Shown piece by piece: positions 1 to 7,365 of a DNA stretch of 64,000 nt. The DNA lies in IMG/VR virus record IMGVR_UViG_3300020190_000010, positions 1 through 64,000 of that record. One strand, written 5' to 3'. The notes beneath the pieces were generated by a model. It was not told the origin of the DNA. It did not search any database and saw only the letters and a program-made list of their open reading frames with translations. The translations under genes were made by a program, and so were the position numbers. Source of the stretch: a virus. Numbering within the stretch: position 1 is the first letter of the stretch; every line of letters begins with the position of its first letter.

Positions 1-170
1 GCAATATCGTAGGTGCTTATATTGTCTGCAATATCAGAGGCACGGATTGACTTCACATCATCAAGTGCATCATCCAGTGCATTGATGACATAATTCAGGC
101 GTGTTCGTTCTTCTTTGAGAATGTCCTCGAATGTAGGACCGAGAGCTTTGCGAATTAGGTTGGAAATCAT
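1..170 (-). CDS. hypothetical early protein (partial, runs off left edge)
   Basis: ATG at 170 preceded by AAGGAACAACCAC; reads MISNLIRKALGPTFEDILKEERTRL... open to the edge. Confidence 0.7.
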   Translation of the reverse strand, partial: MISNLIRKALGPTFEDILKEERTRLNYVINALDDALDDVKSIRASDIADNISTYDI

Positions 171-221
171 GTGGTTGTTCCTTAAAGGGTATGTAAAATA
201 ATAATAGTTACCGTTGTTAAA

Positions 222-469
222 AAAGAGTTACCGATGGCATGGCCTTATAGTATGTAGCAGGGGAGCTATCATCCGTGCCGGGGCCACCGGTAATTCTTTA
301 ATTTATAGGGAGTGAGTTCATCAAACTCTGTGGACATGGAGGTAATTGAAACCATCAGTAAACGAAACCGTAAACTTGCCTTCCATCATGTCCACCAGTG
401 TGAGGTACTGACGGGTTCTATTTCAAACCACGGTTCGCTCACACATTATCACGCTGAATTAGCGTGATG
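222..469 (-). ncRNA. candidate structured RNA (series of hairpins, one tRNA-like)
   Basis: Non-coding gap with stems AAGAATTACCGGTGGC/GCCATCGGTAACTCTT, GTGGACATG/CATGTCCAC, GTGTGAG/CTCACAC, GAGTT/AACTC and ATCACGCT/AGCGTGAT. Confidence 0.4.
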
Positions 470-725
470 TTTTACTTGTTCTGAATTTACCAGCAGGTGT
501 AACAACAGAAGCAAGAGCGTTACGAAGATAACCAACATTCATGCTGTCAATAGATGTTCTAGATCCATCAGATGATGTCCATGTTGATTTGCGTCCATTC
601 GGTTTACCGTTGTTCACATATTGTTTGAGAACATTACGCAAGTGATTTTCGTTCATGGATGCGATAGCAACCTTTTGACCGTTTGAACGTGCGTAAACTG
701 GTTTGGATGAATTAGACTTTGCCAT
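459..725 (-). CDS. small basic protein with internal tandem duplication
   Basis: Two copies of a motif (YARSNGQKVAIASMNENHLRNVL / WTSSDGSRTSIDSMNVGYLRNAL); SD AGGAGG; promoter at 812-846. Confidence 0.75.
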   Translation of the reverse strand: MAKSNSSKPVYARSNGQKVAIASMNENHLRNVLKQYVNNGKPNGRKSTWTSSDGSRTSIDSMNVGYLRNALASVVTPAGKFRTSKTSR

Positions 726-811
726 AATGGCCTCCTGTAATTAGGGTGTTTGAAATTTGGTAAGCAATTGGTTAGTTAATTTTTACTTACCGTTGTTATC
801 AATTTTGAATA

Positions 812-846
812 TACAAATATAAGGCAATTTTCGGACATATACAAGC
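812..846 (-). promoter_or_regulatory. Bacteroidota-type primary-sigma promoter
   Basis: Minus strand GCTTG-N20-TATATTTG. Confidence 0.7.
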
Positions 847-902
847 GATATTGCATTTTGTTAGGTGGCATACCGCAGATTGTTGGGTGGCATCATTGTT
901 GA

Positions 903-1118
903 TTAGAAGCCAGTAGCATAGTCATCTTCATCAACAAACTCATGGGATGGCATACAATCCCATATATTGTAGTGACCATCGCCATGCCTTTCTCTCAACC
1001 AGTTGTCTGCCTGTTGTCTAGCATCGTCTAAATTCTGAGCATCAAATATGGCATAACTGCCCAATCTTCCTGTGCGGGATGTTGGTGCTTCATAGGTATA
1101 ATAAACGTTGTAATTCAT
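903..1118 (-). CDS. hypothetical early protein
   Basis: Start revised to ATG at 1118 (MNYNVYY) after AAGGAAACAACACT leader; acidic C-terminus. Confidence 0.7.
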   Translation of the reverse strand: MNYNVYYTYEAPTSRTGRLGSYAIFDAQNLDDARQQADNWLRERHGDGHYNIWDCMPSHEFVDEDDYATGF

Positions 1119-1153
1119 AGTGTTGTTTCCTTTCGGTAATAAAAAATAATATA

Positions 1154-1492
1154 TCAATACCAATCATCGTCATCATCATCATCATCGTCATCGTCATCAT
1201 AGTCATCATCTTCTACATATTCACCTTCGGGTTCGTCACAATACCACCAAGCACTATTCATAAATGTTTCCAATTCCTTGAAGCTCCATGTATTCCAGTT
1301 TTTCATTTTCGTCTTATTCTTTTTTACAGACGGCGGTATATCATCTTCTATGTCAATACCACATACTTCAGCAAGGGCTTTAATACCATTACGATATTCT
1401 TGCATCATTGAAATCATGTGTTCTTTTTGAAATGTACCCGTTTCTTGACCAAATATCTGCTTTACAATCTTTTGTTTCTGTGTAATTGTCAT
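1154..1492 (-). CDS. hypothetical early protein with poly-Asp tail
   Basis: Start revised to 1492 (MTITQKQK) after AAGGAAATACCC; ends EDDDYDDDDDDDDDDDDWY. Confidence 0.7.
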   Translation of the reverse strand: MTITQKQKIVKQIFGQETGTFQKEHMISMMQEYRNGIKALAEVCGIDIEDDIPPSVKKNKTKMKNWNTWSFKELETFMNSAWWYCDEPEGEYVEDDDYDDDDDDDDDDDDWY

Positions 1493-1508
1493 GGGTATTT
1501 CCTTTCGG

Positions 1509-1613
1509 TTACTTGTATAATAATAGGTCAATAATACTGTCTATACTGGACATGAATATAACAACGGCCAGTATAAGGATGAATACGCCAATCTCTTTAA
1601 GCAATCGTTTCAT
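1509..1613 (-). CDS. 34-aa membrane peptide (not in ORF track)
   Basis: MKRLLKEIGVFILILAVVIFMSSIDSIIDLLLYK; SD GGAGG; ATGA overlap with the upstream stop. Confidence 0.6.
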   Translation of the reverse strand: MKRLLKEIGVFILILAVVIFMSSIDSIIDLLLYK

Positions 1614-1852
1614 TGTTGTTCCTCCAAGTTCCATTCAAATGCAATCCCTTCTTCATAGCGGAAGTAATCTTCTATATCTTCTAATGTCATATCATTCACG
1701 CCCTTGTGGCCGATGTGAACAATATCCCATATAGCACCATGGTCATACACAAGACCATCAAATATATCTTCGGCTATAATCCGTCTTGCCCCTTGTTCGG
1801 AATATACAGTATATCCCTCGTCAATCAATTCTTGTTTTGTTCTCTTATTCAT
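1610..1852 (-). CDS. hypothetical acidic early protein
   Basis: ORF with AAGGAAACAACC leader. Confidence 0.7.
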   Translation of the reverse strand: MNKRTKQELIDEGYTVYSEQGARRIIAEDIFDGLVYDHGAIWDIVHIGHKGVNDMTLEDIEDYFRYEEGIAFEWNLEEQQ

Positions 1853-1903
1853 GGTTGTTTCCTTCGGTAACTAAAATAATAATACTATACTATACAGATA
1901 AAC

Positions 1904-2134
1904 TTAATATATCATATGAAAAGGAGGATTGTCTTTTGGTAATAATTTAACCTCAACAGAGTATATCTTTGCATTTGAACCGTAATGACTTTGATACACA
2001 GAAATGGCATACTCCTTGGCCCGTTCAGCTGTGGTGCATTGAGTAATATCAAAGTGAATAGTGTCCTCACTGCCCGTAACTTTTAAGCGATAGTTATGTC
2101 TGTTTTCTGTTTTCTTTTTCATAACATTCTCCAA
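1904..2134 (-). CDS. hypothetical protein
   Basis: ORF in the leftward early cluster. Confidence 0.6.
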   Translation of the reverse strand: MENVMKKKTENRHNYRLKVTGSEDTIHFDITQCTTAERAKEYAISVYQSHYGSNAKIYSVEVKLLPKDNPPFHMIY

Positions 2135-2148
2135 TGTAATACGAAACC

Positions 2149-2505
2149 TTAACCTAATAGTTCTTGTAATTCAAAAGAAGCCCTATGACCACCACAGTTT
2201 TTTGTCAATATGCCACCTGCATCTTTCATGTGGGTGCATGTATAATAGACACCTTCCGTATGAGTAAAGTATCCCACAATGTTTTTGAAGCTCCTGCTAC
2301 ATTTTCTATAAGCGGTGTAATATACCCTACCATCGCTAAAAGGTCGAACCCATACATTGATAGTTTCACCTGCCATAGCGGTAATGTAATCAACTATGCC
2401 ATAATCAGGATGTGATGGTGCTTCGGTGTTATTTAAGTAGGTGTTTGCTTTTAAGACGGTTTCCACTATGTAGCTTCCGTCTTGGAATGTTTTTAAGTGT
2501 GTCAT
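2149..2505 (-). CDS. hypothetical protein
   Basis: ORF with GGAG SD. Confidence 0.65.
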   Translation of the reverse strand: MTHLKTFQDGSYIVETVLKANTYLNNTEAPSHPDYGIVDYITAMAGETINVWVRPFSDGRVYYTAYRKCSRSFKNIVGYFTHTEGVYYTCTHMKDAGGILTKNCGGHRASFELQELLG

Positions 2506-2517
2506 GTCTTACTCCAA

Positions 2518-2883
2518 TCAATACCAAGGTGTTTCAGAATGTCTATTTTCATCTATCCTATCAAGCACAGCAGTAACGAGACGCAACTTATCGTGTAGGG
2601 CACATATCTTTTCACCCAGATACTCGTTGGACATTCCTCTCAATGTAGTGAAATCAAGCACGAGCTTTGCCTCCTCCGCGAGTTTCTCAGCATACTCATG
2701 CAATGATTGAGCATCATCAACCGTAATGGCATAAGCCATAGATAAGCCCCATTCTCTGCGTCTCTGCTCCGCCTGTGCCTTGCGGTAATCATGGTATTCA
2801 TCTACTGTCATATTGTTCTGACTAGCAACACGCTTCCAATATCTGGTAACGCCGGCTTGCACTTGTTCGTTGGTCTTATTCAT
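2518..2883 (-). CDS. hypothetical protein
   Basis: ORF with AAGGAAACAACC leader. Confidence 0.7.
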   Translation of the reverse strand: MNKTNEQVQAGVTRYWKRVASQNNMTVDEYHDYRKAQAEQRRREWGLSMAYAITVDDAQSLHEYAEKLAEEAKLVLDFTTLRGMSNEYLGEKICALHDKLRLVTAVLDRIDENRHSETPWY

Positions 2884-2931
2884 GGTTGTTTCCTTAAACG
2901 GTAATAATAATAATTTTACTGGTGGTAATGA

Positions 2932-3252
2932 TTACAGAGAGATATAACCATCTTCATCCATAAAGTCCTTACCAGTAAAGTATGTCCAATTGATAACCAT
3001 ATCATCCTTAAAGAGATTCACTTGACTAACATGCAAACCTTCTGGTGTCTGGCATGGATAGGTATTCAATTCAATAGACTCTGTAATAGCATTGTCAATA
3101 CCATAGGTATTCATAAGAATATCCTCGGCTTTGAACATAGCAGCTGTCTCTGTATTAGCATGGACGAGCATATCCATAGATACTGGTACGCCATTAGGTT
3201 GAAAACCGGTTACTGTAACCTGGTATTCATGGATGTGTCTGTTGTTTTTCAT
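2932..3252 (-). CDS. hypothetical protein, first gene after tandem early promoters
   Basis: ORF with AAGGAAACAACCTT leader. Confidence 0.7.
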   Translation of the reverse strand: MKNNRHIHEYQVTVTGFQPNGVPVSMDMLVHANTETAAMFKAEDILMNTYGIDNAITESIELNTYPCQTPEGLHVSQVNLFKDDMVINWTYFTGKDFMDEDGYISL

Positions 3253-3292
3253 AAGGTTGTTTCCTTAATAGTGGTTGTTGTTCTAATTACTC

Positions 3293-3328
3293 TACAAATA
3301 TAAGGTATTGCGCATTAAGATCAAAGCA
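3293..3328 (-). promoter_or_regulatory. early promoter (-33/-7 type)
   Basis: TGCTTTGATCTTA...CCTTATATTTGTA; 19-nt spacer between TTTG and TATATTTG. Confidence 0.8.
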
Positions 3329-3423
3329 TTATTTTACTTTTTTTACGGTTTTTGTGGTATCTGATAGGGTGGTTTTACCAACCTTTACCACTGCGCCACG
3401 GTCTGGAACGGTTACACCGTAAC

Positions 3424-3718
3424 ATAACACCATGAAAAATAAGGTAGTTACGCCGGTTTTGAGATGTTTCATAGGGTGTCCTATTTGGTTGTTCTTAATT
3501 TCTTATACAAATATAAGGCATTTTTGGTTAAGATCAAAGCATTATTTTACATAAGGTGTAATTTGGATTTAGTCTAAATAAGGATAAGGGGTTGCAATAG
3601 GTCAAAATAGGGGTATCTAGGGTATGGTCATAACCCTATGGCGCACAAGGATTTACGATACCCACTAGGTAGGGGGGTGGGGTAATTTCACGTAAGTCCT
3701 TATGGGGTAGGGGGTTAG
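3424..3718. repeat. three degenerate 27-28 bp palindromes (3424-3451, 3630-3656, 3692-3718)
   Basis: Match the consensus GTAAnnCnTTG-N5-CAAGGAnTTAC also seen at 12500-12593. Confidence 0.55.
3506..3541 (-). promoter_or_regulatory. early promoter (-33/-7 type)
   Basis: TGCTTTGATCTTAACCAAAAATGCCTTATATTTGTA. Confidence 0.8.
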
Positions 3719-3822
3719 GCCTGTTCGGCCATGTCCGTTTCCAGACCGGAGCCAATTTTTTGCTATAGGAAAATCGTGGTATGAGAATACCCCATTGGGT
3801 ATAATAATTCTATCAGCTCGTT

Positions 3823-4077
3823 TCACCACCACTCAACATTATCGCCATGAAATATATCATCACCCCAAACACCATCCACATTCACAACCTTCTTATTAAC
3901 TTGTATAGTTTCATCACTTCTATTAGGAACGGGATCAAATAAATCAATATCCCATGGATTAACCTCATTTTTATCACCTCTAACCAATTCTCCAACACTT
4001 GTGAATATAAGGTCATTTTCCATATAATCTACAAGTTCATTAGGGTTTACATCGGTAATATCTTTTCGTATGAACAT
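3823..4077 (-). CDS. hypothetical acidic protein
   Basis: ORF with GGAG SD. Confidence 0.6.
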   Translation of the reverse strand: MFIRKDITDVNPNELVDYMENDLIFTSVGELVRGDKNEVNPWDIDLFDPVPNRSDETIQVNKKVVNVDGVWGDDIFHGDNVEWW

Positions 4078-4155
4078 AACTTATCTCCAGGTAAATAAAA
4101 AACATATTACATAACTATTGTTATATTTATGTTTATATGTTTATAGGAGTGAACT

Positions 4156-4704
4156 ATGTTGCCTGGAGACTTATCATTATTTTGGACCTTTATTAAAAGA
4201 GATTTGTCATTTCCTGCACTTGTGGTATCGTTATTCGGTCTTGCACTTGATGGGTGGTTTGGCATCAGTAATCCCCTTATACTGTTATTGGGTATAACCT
4301 TATTCTCAGCATGGGATGCTATATGTTATGAGATAGCTGCTAGGTCGGACAATCGTGAGAATATGGTTCGTTATCGTATAGGGCAGACAAGTGTGCAAAT
4401 CCTTATCATAACCCTTATGGGTTTATTATCGGATTGGAACACTTGGGTGGTGTTAGGATTTTTTTACCTATGGTGGATGGGAGTATGTGATGTTTTATTC
4501 TACATACTTCTTGGTCGATTGAAGGACATGGTTAGATATGGTGATATGTTTTGGCTGTGGTGGACACCATTGGGTATGATGAATCGTTGGATGGGTAGGG
4601 GGACAAGTGGCATATCGGTATTTCATATTGCTGTGTATGCTGTAATATTGTGGTATGTCATATGGTTGTTTTATCCGGCAGTAAGGTTTGCTGGTTTATT
4701 TTAA
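4156..4704 (+). CDS. multi-pass membrane protein
   Basis: Several hydrophobic, Trp-rich segments; SD AGGAG; upstream TATATTTAT. Confidence 0.7.
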   Translation: MLPGDLSLFWTFIKRDLSFPALVVSLFGLALDGWFGISNPLILLLGITLFSAWDAICYEIAARSDNRENMVRYRIGQTSVQILIITLMGLLSDWNTWVVLGFFYLWWMGVCDVLFYILLGRLKDMVRYGDMFWLWWTPLGMMNRWMGRGTSGISVFHIAVYAVILWYVIWLFYPAVRFAGLF

Positions 4705-4781
4705 GGTGTTGTAAACGGCGACACAAATACATAAGTCATTGGAGATCGGTTGGGTGGGCGCCCGGCCCTTGAGGAGTTAGA

Positions 4782-5252
4782 ATGATTAAATTAAAAAATA
4801 TAATGTTAGAGTTGGATATACCACCGGATGTCCCTAAACCCTTCAAGGGCGTTGATATAATCACCAATGAACTGCCAGATGATATTAGGGGTAATTTTGA
4901 TTCGTATCCTGAATTGCCGAGTCCTATTCTTTATATCCACTCATTTTTTCCAAAGGAAGAGTTTAGGGGAAAAGGATTTACTAAAGCATGGGTATTAAAG
5001 TATCTTGGAGATTGGAAAATGGGAAGACTCAACTACGACAACGAGTTAAATGCTAAATGGGGTTCACGGGGTCTTCGTGATGTTGGTATGGGTTCTGAAT
5101 GGTTTGGCACAAGTACATTCTATGATGATGGTGAAAAATTTTTCAATACCCTTGTGAGAGACGGATATTTGATTAAACAAAATCCTGTTAAGGTTGGTAG
5201 TGGTAGGGCATTGAATTTATACAAAATAACAAATAAGGTAAACATGGTATGA
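4782..5252 (+). CDS. GNAT-like acetyltransferase with MIKLKxxxxE N-terminus
   Basis: LYIHSFFPKEEFRGKGF resembles GNAT acetyl-CoA motif A; downstream DGEKFF helix. Confidence 0.5.
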   Translation: MIKLKNIMLELDIPPDVPKPFKGVDIITNELPDDIRGNFDSYPELPSPILYIHSFFPKEEFRGKGFTKAWVLKYLGDWKMGRLNYDNELNAKWGSRGLRDVGMGSEWFGTSTFYDDGEKFFNTLVRDGYLIKQNPVKVGSGRALNLYKITNKVNMV

Positions 5253-5827
5253 TTAAATTAAAAGACATATTGATGGAACGCATATCCGACATAGTATATC
5301 ACTTTACTACTACGGAAGCGGCAAATAATATAATAGAAACAAACCGTTTTAGATTGACTGATGTGCCGGTTGAACCCAATGTTGATCCTGGCAGAAAGTA
5401 TGACGATGGGTATTATATGTCCGTTGCAAGAACAAAGATAGAAGGGTATACAAAGTCATTCCGGTATGCATGTCACTTTGTTAGATTTGAATTGGATGGG
5501 ACAAAATTAGGAAACAAATATAAAGGTGGTGCTTACAATTATTATCATGGCATGCACGGTAATGATGAATACGAAGAATACGAAGACCGTATCTATTCAA
5601 AAGATATGTATATTCCTAATGCATTAAATTATATCAAGAGAATTGATGTGGATGTCAGTAGAAAATGTACGGGATATGATACTGCAAAGTTAATAAAAAC
5701 ATCAATAGGTGCAGGTGTTCCAACATTCCTATTTCCAAGTAGAGAAAAGTGGTCACAACAATACAATGGTATCGAAGTAAGGGATGTTGATGGATATAAA
5801 CTATTCATGCAATCACTCGTCAAGTAA
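5249..5827 (+). CDS. putative ADP-ribosyltransferase-fold protein with MIKLKxxxxE N-terminus
   Basis: YHFT...YMSVAR...EYEDRI matches the H / S-x-x-R / E-x-E order of ART folds. Confidence 0.45.
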   Translation: MIKLKDILMERISDIVYHFTTTEAANNIIETNRFRLTDVPVEPNVDPGRKYDDGYYMSVARTKIEGYTKSFRYACHFVRFELDGTKLGNKYKGGAYNYYHGMHGNDEYEEYEDRIYSKDMYIPNALNYIKRIDVDVSRKCTGYDTAKLIKTSIGAGVPTFLFPSREKWSQQYNGIEVRDVDGYKLFMQSLVK

Positions 5828-5965
5828 GTCTCTTGCAATAGTAATAAAGTGTTCTTCGTCAATAGGGAATACTGTTTTCAATCTGGCAATAAAGTCCATT
5901 ATACCGGTCTCATATCCTTCGTTATATGATTCCTCAACAAGAGTTAGATCGTTTCCTTTAATCAT
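5813..5965 (-). CDS. 50-aa acidic protein (not in ORF track)
   Basis: MIKGNDLTLVEESYNEGYETGIMDFIARLKTVFPIDEEHFITIARDLLDE. Confidence 0.5.
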   Translation of the reverse strand: MIKGNDLTLVEESYNEGYETGIMDFIARLKTVFPIDEEHFITIARDLLDE

Positions 5966-5985
5966 AGTTTATTCGGTTGGTTAAT

Positions 5986-6026
5986 AAAAAGTGGGGCACC
6001 GAAAACAACCACGAAAACGGTGCCCC
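5986..6026 (-). terminator. intrinsic terminator with 16-nt loop
   Basis: 9-bp stem GGGGCACCG/CGGTGCCCC followed by ACTTTTT on the minus strand. Confidence 0.75.
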
Positions 6027-6066
6027 GATTGCAAACTCCGGGGAGGAGTATGTAGGGAGTAATTAT

Positions 6067-6444
6067 TTAGTAAGAATTTCTATCAATCATTTCTGGACCA
6101 TCGGGTGTATTATCTTGGTCATTGGTGTCTTTGATATTTGAAATACCCCAATCATCTTGAATACCATCAAATTCTCGTCTATATTTTGCTGAAGTATCAG
6201 CTAGTTTTGACATCAAATCATTATGGAAAATATATGTTTTTTGAGAAAGTTGTTTGAATTTTTGCATGGACGGATAGACTTCTGAAAATCTGTTCATCCA
6301 ATAAACGGTATCTATTTCCTTTTCCATTGTTTCTTTATCTAAAACCGCTGTTCTTATAGAATACAATAAATCTATTATTAGCATTTGATTGTGTTCTAAC
6401 TGTTCAAGTTTATCTTCTATTTGTTTTAATTTTAATTCACTCAT
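6067..6444 (-). CDS. hypothetical protein
   Basis: ORF with N-terminal coiled coil. Confidence 0.65.
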   Translation of the reverse strand: MSELKLKQIEDKLEQLEHNQMLIIDLLYSIRTAVLDKETMEKEIDTVYWMNRFSEVYPSMQKFKQLSQKTYIFHNDLMSKLADTSAKYRREFDGIQDDWGISNIKDTNDQDNTPDGPEMIDRNSY

Positions 6445-6456
6445 ATTTTTTCCATT

Positions 6457-6705
6457 TTAATTGTCATTTTCCACTACATAGTCTAACGGTCTACAACTGG
6501 AAAATATAAATTCATTTGATGTTTCAAACGATTTCCTATAAAAATTTATTTCTTTTCCATTGGTAAGTTTAACAACAATACGCAACGCTGTAAGTTTAGT
6601 AACAATAAGTTCATCAGACCATCGATTCATGCTTTCTACCCAAACACGAATTTTGTCACCAACACGAACATATTTTTTTTGATAGTATTTGTATTCTTCA
6701 TTCAT
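6457..6705 (-). CDS. hypothetical small beta-barrel (SH3/KOW-like) protein
   Basis: VRVGDKIRV motif followed by beta-strand pattern. Confidence 0.55.
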   Translation of the reverse strand: MNEEYKYYQKKYVRVGDKIRVWVESMNRWSDELIVTKLTALRIVVKLTNGKEINFYRKSFETSNEFIFSSCRPLDYVVENDN

Positions 6706-6716
6706 AACAAATATAA

Positions 6717-6863
6717 TTATTGTTTTTGTTGTAATTCTTCAAGTCTTTTCAGTTCTGCTTCCATTTCAACTAAACCTTTACGAACCCATGTATCATCTGG
6801 ATTTTCTTTCAGAACTTGTTTAGCAACTTCAATCATTTGTTCTAATTTTTCTTTATTATTCAT
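6717..6863 (-). CDS. 48-aa helical protein (not in ORF track)
   Basis: MNNKEKLEQMIEVAKQVLKENPDDTWVRKGLVEMEAELKRLEELQQKQ; SD AGGAG. Confidence 0.6.
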   Translation of the reverse strand: MNNKEKLEQMIEVAKQVLKENPDDTWVRKGLVEMEAELKRLEELQQKQ

Positions 6864-6877
6864 TTTATTCTCCTATG

Positions 6878-6951
6878 TGGGCCCAGCAGGACTTGAACCT
6901 GCAACCTAACGATTATGAGTCGTTTGCTCTAACCGATTGAGCTATAAGCCC
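6878..6951 (-). tRNA. tRNA-Ile2 (CAT anticodon, lysidine type)
   Basis: GGGCTTATAGCTCAATCGGTTAGAGCAAACGACTCATAATCGTTAGGTTGCAGGTTCAAGTCCTGCTGGGCCCA; CGACTCATAATCG arm like ileX; no encoded CCA. Confidence 0.85.
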
Positions 6952-6957
6952 TTATTG

Positions 6958-7029
6958 TGATCCCAAGGGGACTCGAACCCCTATTATCGCCGTGAAAGGG
7001 CGGTGTCCTAACCATTAAACGATGGGACC
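6958..7029 (-). tRNA. tRNA-Glu (TTC)
   Basis: GGTCCCATCGTTTAATGGTTAGGACACCGCCCTTTCACGGCGATAATAGGGGTTCGAGTCCCCTTGGGATCA cloverleaf. Confidence 0.9.
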
Positions 7030-7034
7030 TACCA

Positions 7035-7328
7035 TTATTTATTTTCTTTCTCATATTCTTCTGCCTTAATTACTGTCCATTGGAATAACCGGGTATAATA
7101 TCCAATGAAAAATATAATTGGAATTGCAATACCAATTAAAGTAAGCCACATGGGTGCAGATAATAAGAAATTCATATACCAATAGAACACAGTTATACCT
7201 AGAGCTACCATGATAAATAATACCACTATTAAAGCACATATCATAATAAATCCTTTCATGCCCGTAAAGAACACAGAAAGACAACCCATGTTCAATTTTT
7301 TATCATCATTATTTTTCATTTCAATCAT
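7035..7328 (-). CDS. small membrane protein (2 TM)
   Basis: Two hydrophobic segments; true start may be 7319. Confidence 0.65.
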   Translation of the reverse strand: MIEMKNNDDKKLNMGCLSVFFTGMKGFIMICALIVVLFIMVALGITVFYWYMNFLLSAPMWLTLIGIAIPIIFFIGYYTRLFQWTVIKAEEYEKENK

Positions 7329-7329
7329 A

Positions 7330-7363
7330 ACAAATATACGAAAAATTTATTAACAAAGCAAGC
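7330..7363 (-). promoter_or_regulatory. -33/-7 promoter driving the membrane gene and tRNAs
   Basis: TGCTTG-N20-TATATTTG. Confidence 0.7.
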
Positions 7364-7365
7364 AA

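Noticed and set aside
171-3280. Repeated leaders as a CRISPR array or integron attC sites
   Set aside because: The spacers are whole ORFs of variable length, and the repeats are degenerate, non-palindromic and lack attC core and inverse-core sites
6706-6716. TATATTTG immediately upstream of ORF 6457..6705 as a leaderless promoter
   Set aside because: No -33 element at the 19-20 nt spacing seen in the other promoters
6679-6909. 76-aa plus-strand ORF and similar short antisense ORFs throughout the track
   Set aside because: Antisense to a tRNA or to well-supported genes, with no RBS and no coherent composition
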